From Octopus sinensis (lineage: Eukaryota), in contig NC_043017.1 of the NCBI RefSeq assembly GCF_006345805.1, forward strand, positions 29,078,001 to 29,142,000: a stretch of DNA of 64,000 bases, written 5' to 3'. Every line of letters starts with the position of its first letter. Positions within the stretch are counted from its first letter, which is position 1. Below are positions 1 through 11,831 of the stretch, piece by piece. The position numbers were made by a program, and so were the translations under genes. The notes under the pieces were generated by a model. It was not told the DNA's origin and ran no database searches. It saw only the letters and a list, made by a program, of their open reading frames with translations.

Positions 1-218
1 ATCTACAGAAGACAACCTAGAATTTGACTCCGTTGTAGGATGTCGCTACACGATGGAGTATATTATGATTATCTTCTGCAATATATGATATATATGTACA
101 AATAACCATACGTACATACATCACTCTTTCTCTCTCTCTCTCTTTCTCTCTCTCTATGTACGTATATATATGCTCGCTTAGGCAGTGATATATATACATA
201 TATATATATATATACGTG

Positions 219-253
<35 letters not shown>

Positions 254-687
254 AGTGGAGGCGCATCTAACCATAATCAACCTATTTGTCTATGTATATT
301 TTATATCCTTGTATTGGTGACAACTGTGCTATAGTTACTGTTGAAACTGCAGCACGGAAGCCAATAAGTATTCCATGTTAAAACGATTTATTCTTTGGTT
401 TGGTACCAAAATAAAAAAAAACTTTAAACGTCAAATGCAAGCTTCGAACAACTCGTCGCCACTTTTATATCCTTGTTTTGGGTATATAATATAACGAAGA
501 AGAGGGAAGAAAGTGTATACACGACGTACTAATATTAATATTACACGAGAGACCACGCTTTATATCAAAAGCTCACAGTGAACTGTTCCCAACACGAACT
601 GCCTATCTCCTTAACTTCTTGGAGATTTTAGGTATAAGTATACTAATGCTTCAATCTATTCTAATTTAACTAAATTCTATGTCTTTG

Positions 688-775
688 TGCAGCTGAAGAT
701 TGCTCTCACATTTTAAATTCATGTTATGATTACATTGTTCAATTAAATGGAGTTGCATGAAACGATCGTACTGCA
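688..775 (+). ncRNA. Type I hammerhead ribozyme motif (Penelope-type)
   Basis: TGCAG-CTGAAGA-tTGC...GCAt-GAAACGATCGTA-CTGCA: stem I TGCAG/CTGCA, core CUGAAGA, palindromic stem III ACGATCGT, predicted cleavage after GUA at 770. Confidence 0.75.
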
Positions 776-818
776 TAACCTCTGGATATCCTTGTTGCTT
801 ATTTTGATATAAATATAT

Positions 819-1224
819 GTGGCTGTGTGGTAAGTAGCTTGCTAACCAACTACATGGTTACGGGTTCAATCCCACTGCGTGGCATCTTGGGCAAGTGTCT
901 TCTGCTATAGCCCCGGGCCGACCAAAGCCTTGTGAATGGATTTGGTAGACGGAAACTGAAAGAAGCCTGTCGTATATATGTATATATATATATATAAATG
1001 TGTGTGTATATGTTTGTGTGTCTGTGTTTGTCCCCCCTAGCATTGCTTGACAACCGATGCTGGTGTGTTTATGTCCCCGTCACTTTGCGGTTCGGCAAAA
1101 GAGACCAATAGAATAAGTACTGGGCTTACAAAAGAATAAGTCCCCGGGGTCGAGTTGCTCGATTAAAGGCGGTGCTCCAGCATGGCCGCAGTCAAATGAC
1201 TGAAACAAGTAAAAGAGTAAAGAG
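819..1224 (+). mobile_element. tRNA-derived SINE, family A
   Basis: A box GTGGCTGTGTGGTAAG, B box GGTTCAATCCC, CORE-like CTTGGGCAAGTG, internal (TA)n/(TG)n, AAAAGAGT tail; many near-identical copies in window. Confidence 0.9.
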
Positions 1225-1828
1225 TATATATATATATATAATATATATATATATATATGAGGTGCATGTATGTACGAGAGAGACAGACAGACAGTCAGAC
1301 AAACAGAATTTGGGTTGATTCAATCTTCATGTACATTATTCACCCCGCGTACACATATGTCGACGAAGTAATATAACATTGAAACCATTGACTTCACAGC
1401 AATCTAAATACACAACACGCTCACCTCTTCCACTCTACGTCGTGGCAGACAGGAACATGCACTCAGATTAGGTTGTGTCACCATAAACAATATATTAGAA
1501 TTGTTGTTTCTAATTGTGTGTTGATTTTCTAAATATTTTCTTCATTTAATTCGTTCATTATCCTTTCTTTTGAATTGTGATTTCTCTCCGTTCTCATTAT
1601 TTTCAAATCAACACTTTTTTTGTTTCTTCTCATTTTCTCCGTTTCTCTCCTCCACCGCTGCCTCGTTATTCTTAGCCTTGTAATTTATATTTGTTTACCC
1701 TTTCCGACTGAACATTTTTTTTGCGGCTTGTTTATCAAGTCAAACGAAGTCGCTATAGGTTTGCTCTAACAGGTAGAAATAGTTGCGGAATCACCCTCAA
1801 ACAATATTGTAGAAACTAAAATAATTAA

Positions 1829-2051
1829 AATGGTTGCATACTGTCAATCTAACACGAACGTGACAGTAGGGGGGTACACCACCGCTGTATAGCCCTAGGA
1901 AGCATCGACGCCTCCTGATAGTTTTGACACATTTTTCCCTGTGTCCTTATATGTCAAAGCCATCAGGGGGCGTCGATGCTTCCTAGGGCTTACAGCGGTG
2001 GTGTACCCCCCTACTATCACGTTCGTGTTAGATTGACAGTATACAACCATT
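1829..2051. repeat. Foldback/MITE-like inverted repeat, ~100-bp arms
   Basis: AATGGTTGCATACTGTCAATCTAACACGAACG... vs ...CGTTCGTGTTAGATTGACAGTATACAACCATT; short spacer; no TSD seen. Confidence 0.85.
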
Positions 2052-2180
2052 CTATCGCCCCACCACCGTACATGTCTCTACGAGAGATTTAGAAATTTAG
2101 TATTTCTTATAAAATAATTAAATTTGTGTATATATAGTTATACACGTACGATTACTTTAATTACAGATATGTAATGATAT

Positions 2181-2572
2181 GTGGAAGCACTCCGTCGGTT
2201 ATGGCGATGAGGGTTCCGGTTGATCCGAATCAACGGAACAGCCTGCTCGTGACATTAACGTGTAAGTGGCTGAGCACTCCACAGACACGTGAACCCTTAA
2301 CGTAGTTCTCGGGGATATTCAGCGTGACACAGAGAGTGACAAGGCCGGCCCTTTGAAATACAGGTACGAGAGAAACAGGAAGTAAGGGTGAGAGAAAGTT
2401 GTGGTGAAAGAGTACAGCAGGGATCACCACCATCCCCTGCCGGAGCCTCGTGGAGCCTTTTAGGTGTTTTCGCTCAATAAACACTCACAACGCCCTGTCT
2501 GGGAATGAATCGAAACCGCGATCCTATGACCGCGAGTCCGCTGCCCTAACCACTGGGCCATTGCGCATCCAC
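2181..2572 (-). mobile_element. tRNA-derived SINE, family B
   Basis: Reverse complement of the 61032 copy; TSD TAATGATAT (2172-2180, 2576-2584). Confidence 0.9.
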
Positions 2573-2892
2573 AAATAATGATATAGACACAGTTGGAATG
2601 CGTCAACGTAGCAGAACTGTGAGGTAAACATTAACTAAATACCTCACCGTTTTACCCTTTCAAATTTACGAATTCCCCTCTATATTCTCCTACATATTCA
2701 TCTTTGGCTCAGGATTCCTTCTGTTCTCTCTTATCAATTTAACTTCCCTCCTTTGCTAATCCTTCTCACTTGTTCGGTAATAAATTTCTATTATTCTCCA
2801 CTTCCCTCTTTATTACAAACTCTTCTGGGGTTTTTTTTTCCTACTCAACTTTACATTCAATATTCCCTTTTATTATGTATATCATTATATAT

Positions 2893-3307
2893 TCTTTTAC
2901 TCTTTTACTCTTTTACTTGTTTCAGTCATTTTGACTGCGGCCATGCTGGAGCACCGCCTTTTAATCGAGCAACTCGACCCCGGGACTTATTCTTTTGTAA
3001 GCCCAGTACTTATTCTATCGGTCTCTTTTGCCGAACCGCTATGTAACGGGGACATAAACACACCAGCATCGGTTGTCAAGCAATGCTAGGGGACAAACAC
3101 AGACACACAAACACACACACGCATATATATATATACATATATACGACGGGCTTCTTTCAGTTTCCGTCTACCAAATCCATTCACAAGGCATTGGTCGGCC
3201 CGAGGCTATAGTAGAAGACACTTACCCAAGATGCCAGGCAGTGGGAGTGAACCCGGAACCATGTGGTTGGTAAGCAAGCTACTTACCACACAGCCACTTC
3301 TGCGCCT
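2893..3307 (-). mobile_element. SINE family A flanked by a ~125-bp direct duplication
   Basis: Full-length copy; flanks 2768-2890 and 3311-3430 are near-identical. Confidence 0.9.
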
Positions 3308-3424
3308 ATTACTTGTTCGGTAATAAATTTCTATTGTTCCCCAGTTCTCTCTTTATCACAAACTCTTCTGGGGTTTTTTTTCCTACTCAACTTTACATTC
3401 AATATTCCCTTTTATTATGTATAT

Positions 3425-3432
3425 CATTATAT

Positions 3433-3512
<80 letters not shown>

Positions 3513-3524
3513 ATATATATGTAT

Positions 3525-3562
<38 letters not shown>

Positions 3563-3575
3563 GTATATATATATG

Positions 3576-3632
<57 letters not shown>
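3425..3632. repeat. (TA)n/(TATG) microsatellite
   Basis: Direct inspection. Confidence 0.95.
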
Positions 3633-3635
<3 letters not shown>

Positions 3636-4145
3636 ATTGTTTTTATTCTACAGTAGGCATTATGCCTCTCTCCTCCGCCTCCTCATCCTTGTATCACTAT
3701 TTCATTTCATTGCTTAACATTATCATTCACATTCCTCTTCTATTCCCACGGACATTTATTTCTAGTATTCTGTTTAATCAGATATTTTTTCCCATGTTTA
3801 ATCAGATATTTTTCCCCTCTTTGCTTTGTTTAAAACGATTGCGCACACTTCAATTTTCACTCCTTTCCTTATTATTTCATTTAACACATTTTCATTTTCT
3901 TGTTTTCCTTTCATAGCGAGTTGGTATTCTCAGTACCAAAACAAGATCAACGTAAACAGCAGAATTCTAGCAATGCATAACGAAAAGTAGTCATATCAAT
4001 AATCATTTCCTTTCCTGTCGGGCGCAGGGAAATGCCATATTAATCATGTTATGGTACACACTAGGGTGTACTTGGTAAAATAGGATCGAAACGACAAGGG
4101 GACCTTCTTGTAATCATACTTCTATCTAGAAATAATATCTATTAT

Positions 4146-4215
4146 TTAAACCTTTTGATCCACCAGAGGAAATGTATGACGTTAATTACAAACTGGGTCC
4201 AATGGACCCAATATT
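4146..4215 (-). mobile_element. Probable 3' terminus of piggyBac element
   Basis: TTAA-ACCTTT end plus subterminal palindrome GGGTCCAATGGACCC, ~200 bp past the transposase stop. Confidence 0.5.
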
Positions 4216-4778
4216 TTTCTCTTAATTAATATTTATTGAAACTACCACTATTTCTTAGCTACATTATATATGCTATCAGGTGAACAAAGAATTACTTTTT
4301 CTAACAAATTTGATGAAAAAAATATACATCTTACAGAATATATTCTAAATTTTAAAAATTACAAAAATATAGACTTACAACTCTTCGTGGCAATAAATGC
4401 TAACAACATTTGAATGTTCTTGGTAAACATGGATATTACAATTGTTACATTTGTTATTACAATTGTTACGAGTTTTCCTGTCTTTTGGGGGTTCACACAA
4501 AGAACTTCTTCATTTTTTCTTTGGCTGGGGAATCTCTAAGGAGTTTGAAGATCGTATTCCTTTCTTCGTTAGCGGAACTAGAAGACTGTTTGTCATGTTC
4601 TTGTTTAGCATTAACTCCAGCAAATTCCTTTCCTAACTCAATTAGGCAACGTCTTCTCTTTTCCTTGAAACTTTGCATTGAAGCTGTTAAGCAACAATGA
4701 AAGCATTCACTGCACTTATATCAGTCATGTTGTAGAATATAACCATAGGCCATCTTTGAGTCATTCTTTTGCAAGTGT

Positions 4779-5074
4779 AACAAGAGATAGAAAGGAAGGG
4801 GAAAAAAGGTAAAAGAGATAAGACAATGAGTAGAATTTAAGGGCCGCTTATGTCCGTCAGTCTCTTAGCATTATTGCATATGATAGGGTAACATATGCTA
4901 TAACATTAAGAGACTGATGGTCACAAGCGGCCCTTAAATTTTACTCATCCAGTCTAACGATCCATTTATTATGCGTTATCGCAGTGTAGGCCTTTAGGAT
5001 CTGAGTCGCATTTTCGTTCAGTCGGACTTTGCGTTTCACTCCTCCACAGTCAACAGAAGCACACATCAGACAAG
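4779..5074. repeat. ~295-bp segment paralogous to 10207-10320 + 10706-10884, containing a 57-bp-arm hairpin (4826-4948)
   Basis: Direct alignment by eye; interrupts the transposase between DTL and YTCKR. Confidence 0.85.
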
Positions 5075-5392
5075 GGTATCTAATTCTCCTTTTGTTTTGT
5101 TGTAACATGTAATAACTTCAGGCTTCTTTTCTGCACTTTTAGAACCAATTGAAGTCTGAGAGTGCATTGTACTCACAAGTGAGACTACATAATTTTTCTT
5201 AGGACAATAAGATAGGATCATAGAATCCTTTTGAAATTCAAATACTGTGCTGTTGATTTCTCTTTCTTTACCATTTGTGAAAGCACTTGGAAGTTCAACT
5301 CTGTTCTTTCTAATTGTTCCAACTAAAGTAGTTTTCTTGTTAAGCAGATTTTAAGCCAATCCTAGACTTGTAAAGAAATTATCACAAGTTAT

Positions 5393-5820
5393 ACGCAGGA
5401 GTTGCTGTGTGGGAGGCGCATGAGTTGCTGTGTGGGAGGCGCATGAGTGGCTGTGTGGGGTTCAGTCCCACTGCGTGGCACCTTGTGCTTGTGTCTTCTA
5501 CAATAGCCACGGGCCGACCAAAGCCTTGTCAGCGCATTTGGTAGACGGAAACTGAAAGAAGCCCGTCGTATATATGTATATATATATATATATATGCGTG
5601 TGTGTGTTTGTGTGTTTGTGTTTGTCCCCCTAGCATTGCTTGACAACCGATGCTGGGGTGTTTATGTCCCCGTCACTTAGCGGTTCGGCAAAAGAGCCCG
5701 ATAGAATAAGTACTGGGCTTACAAAGAATAAATCCCGGGGTCGAGTTGCTCGACTAAAGGCGGTGCCCCAGCATGGCCGCAGTCAAATGACTGAAACAAG
5801 TAAAAGAGTAAAAGAGAGAG
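5393..5820 (+). mobile_element. SINE family A inserted in piggyBac ORF; 5' end triplicated
   Basis: Three copies of ~22-bp GGCGCAKGAGTKGCTGTGTGGG, then B box and family A body. Confidence 0.9.
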
Positions 5821-6149
5821 AGTGTGTGTGTTACCAGTACATTCAGGTTCCTTTACTGGGTCTTCAACAACTTTATGAACCTTGATTTGTCTCTCTCTTT
5901 TACTGGAACATTTCCAGTGTAGATTTCCATTTTGCAGGCCTAAGATGTTTAACTGTCGTATATTGCCCAGATTTTAATTCTACATTTCCCTGGTTTGGAG
6001 GAGTATATATCTGGAATGGGTAGCGCTCTCTAAATGAAACTAATTGTTCATCAATTGTCATATATCAACTTACAATATATCCATCTTAGAAATTCTGATT
6101 CGACATCTCAAATACTTCTCTTAAGGGCTCCAATTTATCATCACTTACA

Positions 6150-6368
6150 CTTTTTCTCTTTTACTTGTTTCAGTCATTTGGCTGCGGCCATGCCTTTTGG
6201 AGCACCGCCTTTAGTCGAGCAAATCGACCCCGGGACTTATTCTTTGTAAACCCAGTACTTATTCTATCGGTCTGTTTTGCCGAACCGCTAAGAGACGGGG
6301 ACGTAAACACACCAGCATTGGTTGTCAAGCAATGCTAGGGGGACAAACACAGACACACAACACACACA

Positions 6369-6435
<67 letters not shown>

Positions 6436-6593
6436 ACATATATACGACGGGCTTCTTTCAGTTTCCGTCTACCAAATCCACTCACAAGATTTTGGTCGGC
6501 CCGAGGCTATAGTAGAAGACGCTTGCACAAGGTGCCACGCAGTGGGACTGAACCCGGAACCATGTGGTTGGTAAACAAGCTACTTACCACACA
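6150..6593 (-). mobile_element. SINE family A (slightly 5'-truncated)
   Basis: Matches family A. Confidence 0.9.
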
Positions 6594-6805
6594 AAACCAC
6601 TATTAGGCAACTCAAATAGTGATAGACATAAACCAAAACATAAAAAACAAAAAGTAAATATAATTAATATAATATACAAAATAGAGATATAAAATATGAA
6701 AATAAAAAGTTTAAATTATTGAAATTTCAATTTTTTAAATTTATATTTATAAATTTTAAAACTTTTAAACCTTTAAATATATGCATATATATATATATAT
6801 ATATA

Positions 6806-7032
6806 TGCGTGTGTGTGTTTGTGTGTTTGTGTTTGTCCCCCTAGCATTGCTTGACAACCGATGCTGGGGTGTTTATGTCCCCGTCACTTAGCGGTTCGGC
6901 AAAAGAGCCCGATAGAATAAGTACTGGGCTTACAAAAGGATAAGTCTCGGAGTCGAGTTGCTCGATTAAAGGTGGTGCTCCAGCATGGCCGCAGTCAAAT
7001 GACTGAAACAAGTAAAAGAGTAAAAGAGAGAG
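6806..7032 (+). mobile_element. SINE family A 3' half (duplicated)
   Basis: Copy of 5596-5820. Confidence 0.88.
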
Positions 7033-7040
7033 AGTGTGTG

Positions 7041-7352
7041 TGTTACCAGTACATTCAGGTTCCTTTACTGGGTCTTCAACAACTTTATGAACCTTGATTT
7101 GTCTCTCTCTTTTACTGGAACATTTCCAGTGTAGATTTCCATTTTGCAGGCCTAAGATGTTTAACTGTCGTATATTGCCCAGATTTTAATTCTACATTTC
7201 CCTGGTTTGGAGGAGTATATATCTGGAATGGGTAGCGCTCTCTAAATGAAACTAATTGTTCATCAATTGTCATATATCAACTTACAATATATCCATCTTA
7301 GAAATTCTGATTCGACATCTCAAATACTTCTCTTAAGGGCTCCAATTTATCA
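7041..7352 (-). pseudogene. Duplicated piggyBac transposase fragment
   Basis: Copy of 5829-6140 (MTIDEQLVSFR motif). Confidence 0.88.
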
Positions 7353-7361
7353 TCACTTACA

Positions 7362-7580
7362 CTTTTTCTCTTTTACTTGTTTCAGTCATTTGGCTGCGGC
7401 CATGCCTTTTGGAGCACCGCCTTAGTCGAGCAAATCGACCCCGGGACTTATTCTTTGTAAACCCAGTACTTATTCTATCGGTCTGTTTTGCCGAACCGCT
7501 AAGAGACGGGGACGTAAACACACCAGCATTGGTTGTCAAGCAATGCTAGGGGGACAAACACAGACACACAAACACACACA

Positions 7581-7630
<50 letters not shown>

Positions 7631-7781
7631 TACGACGGGCTTCTTTCAGTTTCCGTCTACCAAATCCACTCACAAGATTTTGGTCGGCCCGAGGCTATAG
7701 TAGAAGACGCTTGCACAAGGTGCCACGCAGTGGGACTGAACCCGGAACCATGTGGTTGGTAAACAAGCTACTTACCACACA
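7362..7781 (-). mobile_element. SINE family A (duplicated)
   Basis: Copy of 6150-6593. Confidence 0.88.
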
Positions 7782-7970
7782 AAACCACTATTAGGCAACT
7801 CAAATAGTGATAGACATAAACCAAAACATAAAAAACAAAAAGTAAATATAATTAATATAATATACAAAATAGAGATACAAAAATATGAAAATAAAAAATT
7901 TAAATTATTGAAATTTCAATTTTTTAAATTTATATTTATAAATTTTAAAACTTTTAAACCTTTAAATATA

Positions 7971-8030
<60 letters not shown>

Positions 8031-8038
8031 TATATATA

Positions 8039-8859
8039 CTAGCAGCATAGCCCGGCGTTGCCCGGGTATGTAAGAGCCCCTAATAGGCAACGACTAATCC
8101 CAATCTAGTCCTTTCCCTCTAGGGAACGAAGGCGCATGTGTAGGTTGCAATGTCTTCTATTCATTCGAATACTTCTGTGTATACGATGTTCCTAGCTGTC
8201 CTTTTGGGCGAAAACATGAAAACATCATTTAAAAAGGTCGAGTTGCGTTCCCTAGACAGTCTGGTTTGTGTTTAATACACAAATCGGTTTGCTATGTGTG
8301 CCACATATGATTTAATTAACCGATTTTTTCCACTAATAAAGTATCCTATTGGAATAAAAAGGGCCATATAGCTCCTTGGAGCAGACATGATGCTCGCTGT
8401 GAATTTAAAAAAGAATTCCTGCCAATTTGTGAAAGATATTGTCGAAAATATGTCATCTTGAATTTGAACGCGATTTCCCGAAATGGCATGATTTTATCGA
8501 TTTTTTCTGATGGTAAGGTAATTGCATGGAAAACTAACGTCAGAATTAAGTTTCTTAGGGTAGCATTAAGCTTCACCATGAGTTTGGTGAAAATCGATTG
8601 CAAGTTGCGAAAACTACAACAGAAAATGTGTTGCATATAAAAAGGTTAGATTCTCGACCCCATGTCGAATTTATCAATTCTTTTCAGAATTGGGGGAACT
8701 TTTCAAAATTTTCGCTGCGTTAGTTTTGAATTATGACATTAAGCTATCTGTGTGTCAAGTCTCATCAGAATCGGTTGAAAGCCGTGGTCAGGGTGAGGGT
8801 ACAACCTGACAGACACACAGACACACAGACAGACAAACTGCCGTTTATATATAGAGAGA
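8039..8859 (-). mobile_element. Non-autonomous Helitron, family H2
   Basis: 5' TCTCTCTATATATAAACGGCAG, 3' hairpin CCCGGGCAACGCCGGG then GCTGCTAG; A|T target in a TA tract. Confidence 0.85.
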
Positions 8860-8921
8860 TATACACACACACATCTATATATATATATATATATATACAT
8901 ATATGTATGTACGTGTGTGTC

Positions 8922-8992
<71 letters not shown>

Positions 8993-9247
8993 TCAATAAC
9001 CCGTTGTAGTAACCGACTAAGCGATAAAATATCCGTATGTACTATCAGTATCCGTTACCTCTGCTATCGCCGAGCAATGGTGTGCAGGGACACCATATAC
9101 GTCGAGCGCAGGTGACAATAAGATAAACAAAAGCTTATGAGGAACCAATGCAAATAATTAGAAAATCGAGAGAAACATAGATTAACCAGTACATCGATAG
9201 GACTACATTTAAAGCTTATTCATTAATTCAAAGCAAGGCATAAGAAA

Positions 9248-9361
9248 GCTAACAGCTGATTCTGATCGACATTTCCAGAATGCAGTCTATGCATAAATAC
9301 GTGAACCAAATTCTTCATCTTCATAGGCATTCGAATTAAGGCAACCGATTTTCATCAGAGT
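9248..9361 (-). other. Degenerate hammerhead remnant
   Basis: CTGATGA...GAATCAGCTGTT-AGC; GAAA box mutated. Confidence 0.35.
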
Positions 9362-9654
9362 GAAAAAGAAGAACATGCAATATAAACAAAAGGAAGAACG
9401 AAGAGGTAAGAAAACATGGTTTAGATGAATAGTCTAAAAGTCCAATATGTTAAGTGCATATATTTATTTACCATCCAAGCTTAAAGAACGTAGATGAGAG
9501 AATGAGCTATTAAAGGACTCGAGAATACTTGAAGCTGCTAACAGGGGGTAAAGTTTTCAAGAAGCTCTGTGTAAATAAGATGTATATATAATTCTCAAAG
9601 GTGAAACCTACGTTAAACGGAGTAAACTTAAGTAAAGTTAATAAAATTCGACGT

Positions 9655-10038
9655 CTGAAGCATTCCGTCGGTTACGACGATGAGGGTTCCGGTTGATCCG
9701 CATCAACGGAACAGCCTGCTCGTGAAATTAACGTGTAAGTGGCTGAGCACTCCACAGACACGTGTACCCTTAACGTAGTTCTCGGGGATATTCAGCGTGA
9801 CACAGAGAGTGACAAGGCCGGTCCTTTGAAAATACAGGTACAACAGAAACAGGAAGTAAGAGTGAGAGGAAGTTGTGGTGAAAGAGTACAGCAGAGATCA
9901 CCACCATCCCCTGCCAGAGCCTATTGGAGCTTTAGGTGTTTTCGCTCAATAAACACTCACAACACCCGGTCTGGGAATCGAAACCACGATCCTATGACCG
10001 CGAGTCCGCTACCCTAACCACTGTGCCATTGCGCCTCC
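9655..10038 (-). mobile_element. SINE family B
   Basis: TSD AAAATTCGACGT (9643-9654, 10039-10050). Confidence 0.9.
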
Positions 10039-10320
10039 AAAATTCGACGTAGGTTACTAAATAAAAACATTACTCACGGGAAATTAATACCAAGAACCCT
10101 CCTATGGTACGTAGTAAGTCTAAATGCAGCAGTCTCTATATAGGTCAGTAATAATTTAAAGCAATTCACACGTTAAAACCGTTACAAAAGGTTTGGTTAT
10201 AGATAAACAAGAGATAGAAAGGAAAAGAAAAAAAGGTAAGAGAGATAAGACAATGAGAAGAATTTAAGGGCCGCTTATGTCCATCAGTCTCTTAGAATTA
10301 TAGCATATGATAGGGGAACA

Positions 10321-10705
10321 TCTCTCTCTATATAAATGGCAGTTTGTCTGTCTGCGTGTCTGTGTGTCTGTTAGGTTGTACCCTCACCCTGACCACGGCT
10401 TTCAACCGATTCTGATGAAACTTGACACACACGTAGCCCAATGTCATAATTCAAAACTAACGCAGCGAACATTTTGAAAAGTTCCCCCAGTTCTGAAAAA
10501 AATCGATACATTCGACATGGGGTCGAGAATCAGAAACACAAACCACAGACTGTCTAGGGGACGCAACTCGACCTTTTTAACTCTCAAAAAATATTTACCA
10601 TAATTTTTTTTTCCATCTTTTTGCTATGTTTTGGCTATAACTCTCTAAAAATGCTTTATAGTTATTTCCCTTACAAACCCGAGCAACGCCGGGCGATGCT
10701 GCTAG
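10321..10705 (+). mobile_element. Non-autonomous Helitron (H2 5' part, H1 3' part)
   Basis: TC start, CCCGAGCAACGCCGGG hairpin, CTAG end, A|T target with no TSD; empty paralogous site at 4893|4894. Confidence 0.92.
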
Positions 10706-11236
10706 TATGCTATAACATTAAGAGACTGATAGTCACAAGCGGCACTTAAATTTTACTCATCCACTCTAACGATCCATTTGTGCGTTATCGCAGTGTAGAC
10801 CTTTAGGATCTGAGTCGCATTTTCGTTCAGTCGGACTTTGCGTTTCACTCCTCTACAGTCAACAGAAGCACACATCAGACAAGGACCAAGATCGATTTAA
10901 TCGATCGGCCTTGTACTAATGTACGAACACATGTATCGGAGCACTTCTGTTTCTGCAATCCACCACCATGTCGCTGCGTGTAATAATCTACATTATAATT
11001 CACATAGCCTCACACACACACACGACATAATGAATTTAAAAAGCAATCTGTATAACTCCAGAAATTACAAATAAGCGAAAGAAATATCTAAATAGATATA
11101 TAATAGATTTTTTTCTACAATTTCTTTCTTTCTTGTATGTGATTAATTTAAAATTTCACATATGTGATTAATATAGCAATTTTTTCCTGTGTCAACCAAT
11201 GTTAGTAAATAGACAAAAATTATAAAAACGTATATA

Positions 11237-11545
11237 TGTGTGTGTGTGAGAGAGAGAGTGTGTGTGTGTATATATAGGTGTGTTTGCGCGTGTGTATGTG
11301 TGCGTGTGTGCGAGAGAGAGAGAGAGTGTGTGTATATATATAGGTGTGTTTGTGTGTGTGAGAGAGAGAGAGTGTGTGTGTGTGTATGTGTGTGTGCGTG
11401 TGTGTGTGTGTGCGTGTGTGTGTGTGTGCGTGCGTGTGTGAGAGAGAGAGTGTGTGTGTGTGTGTGTGAGAGAGTGTTTGTGTGTGTATATATATAGGTG
11501 TGTTTGTGTGTATCAGTGTGTGTGTGTGCGTATGTGTGTGCGTGC
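11237..11545. repeat. (GT)n/(GA)n compound microsatellite
   Basis: Direct inspection. Confidence 0.95.
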
Positions 11546-11831
11546 GAGCAATGTGAGTGATTGTGTGCGCGTCTATAGCTGTTTCAAGAGTAATTTTATG
11601 TATCTTTATTTTTCATTTGTACACATCTAGTTAATGCGTTATTTTAGATTCTGTTTTTAACTGGAAATAACTTTCTTTTATGCTTCGCAAATTTCTATTT
11701 CAATCGTCTACACTTTGCATCGTTTTTTAATTCCACAAAACAAGTAACAGTAGTATATCAGATAATCGAATTTTCATTACATAACAAAGAGTAGTGGATT
11801 ATGAGGAATTTGTAGGTTCGATGCCTTGCGT

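Larger units (their letters stand above)
4375..6140 (-). pseudogene. piggyBac (PGBD-type) transposase pseudogene, C-terminal part, interrupted twice
   Basis: Manual translation: DKLEPLREVFE..MTIDEQLVSFR..KPGK.RIKIWA (6140-5829); ITCDNFFTSLGLA..TTLVGTIRKNR..STMH..KKPEVITCYNKTKGELDTL (5392-5071); YTCKRMTQRWPMVIFYNMTDISAVNAF..Cys-rich tail (4783-4375). Stops and frameshifts; all three catalytic-Asp motif regions visible. Confidence 0.92.
5575..8025. repeat. ~1.2-kb tandem duplication (5575-6800 / 6800-8025) bounded by (TA)n
   Basis: SINE A 3' half + piggyBac piece + inverted SINE A + AT-rich tail repeated with few differences. Confidence 0.9.

Noticed and set aside
8346-8636. ORF inside the H2 Helitron as a captured gene or RepHel remnant
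   Set aside because: No Rep or helicase motif recognised; cannot support
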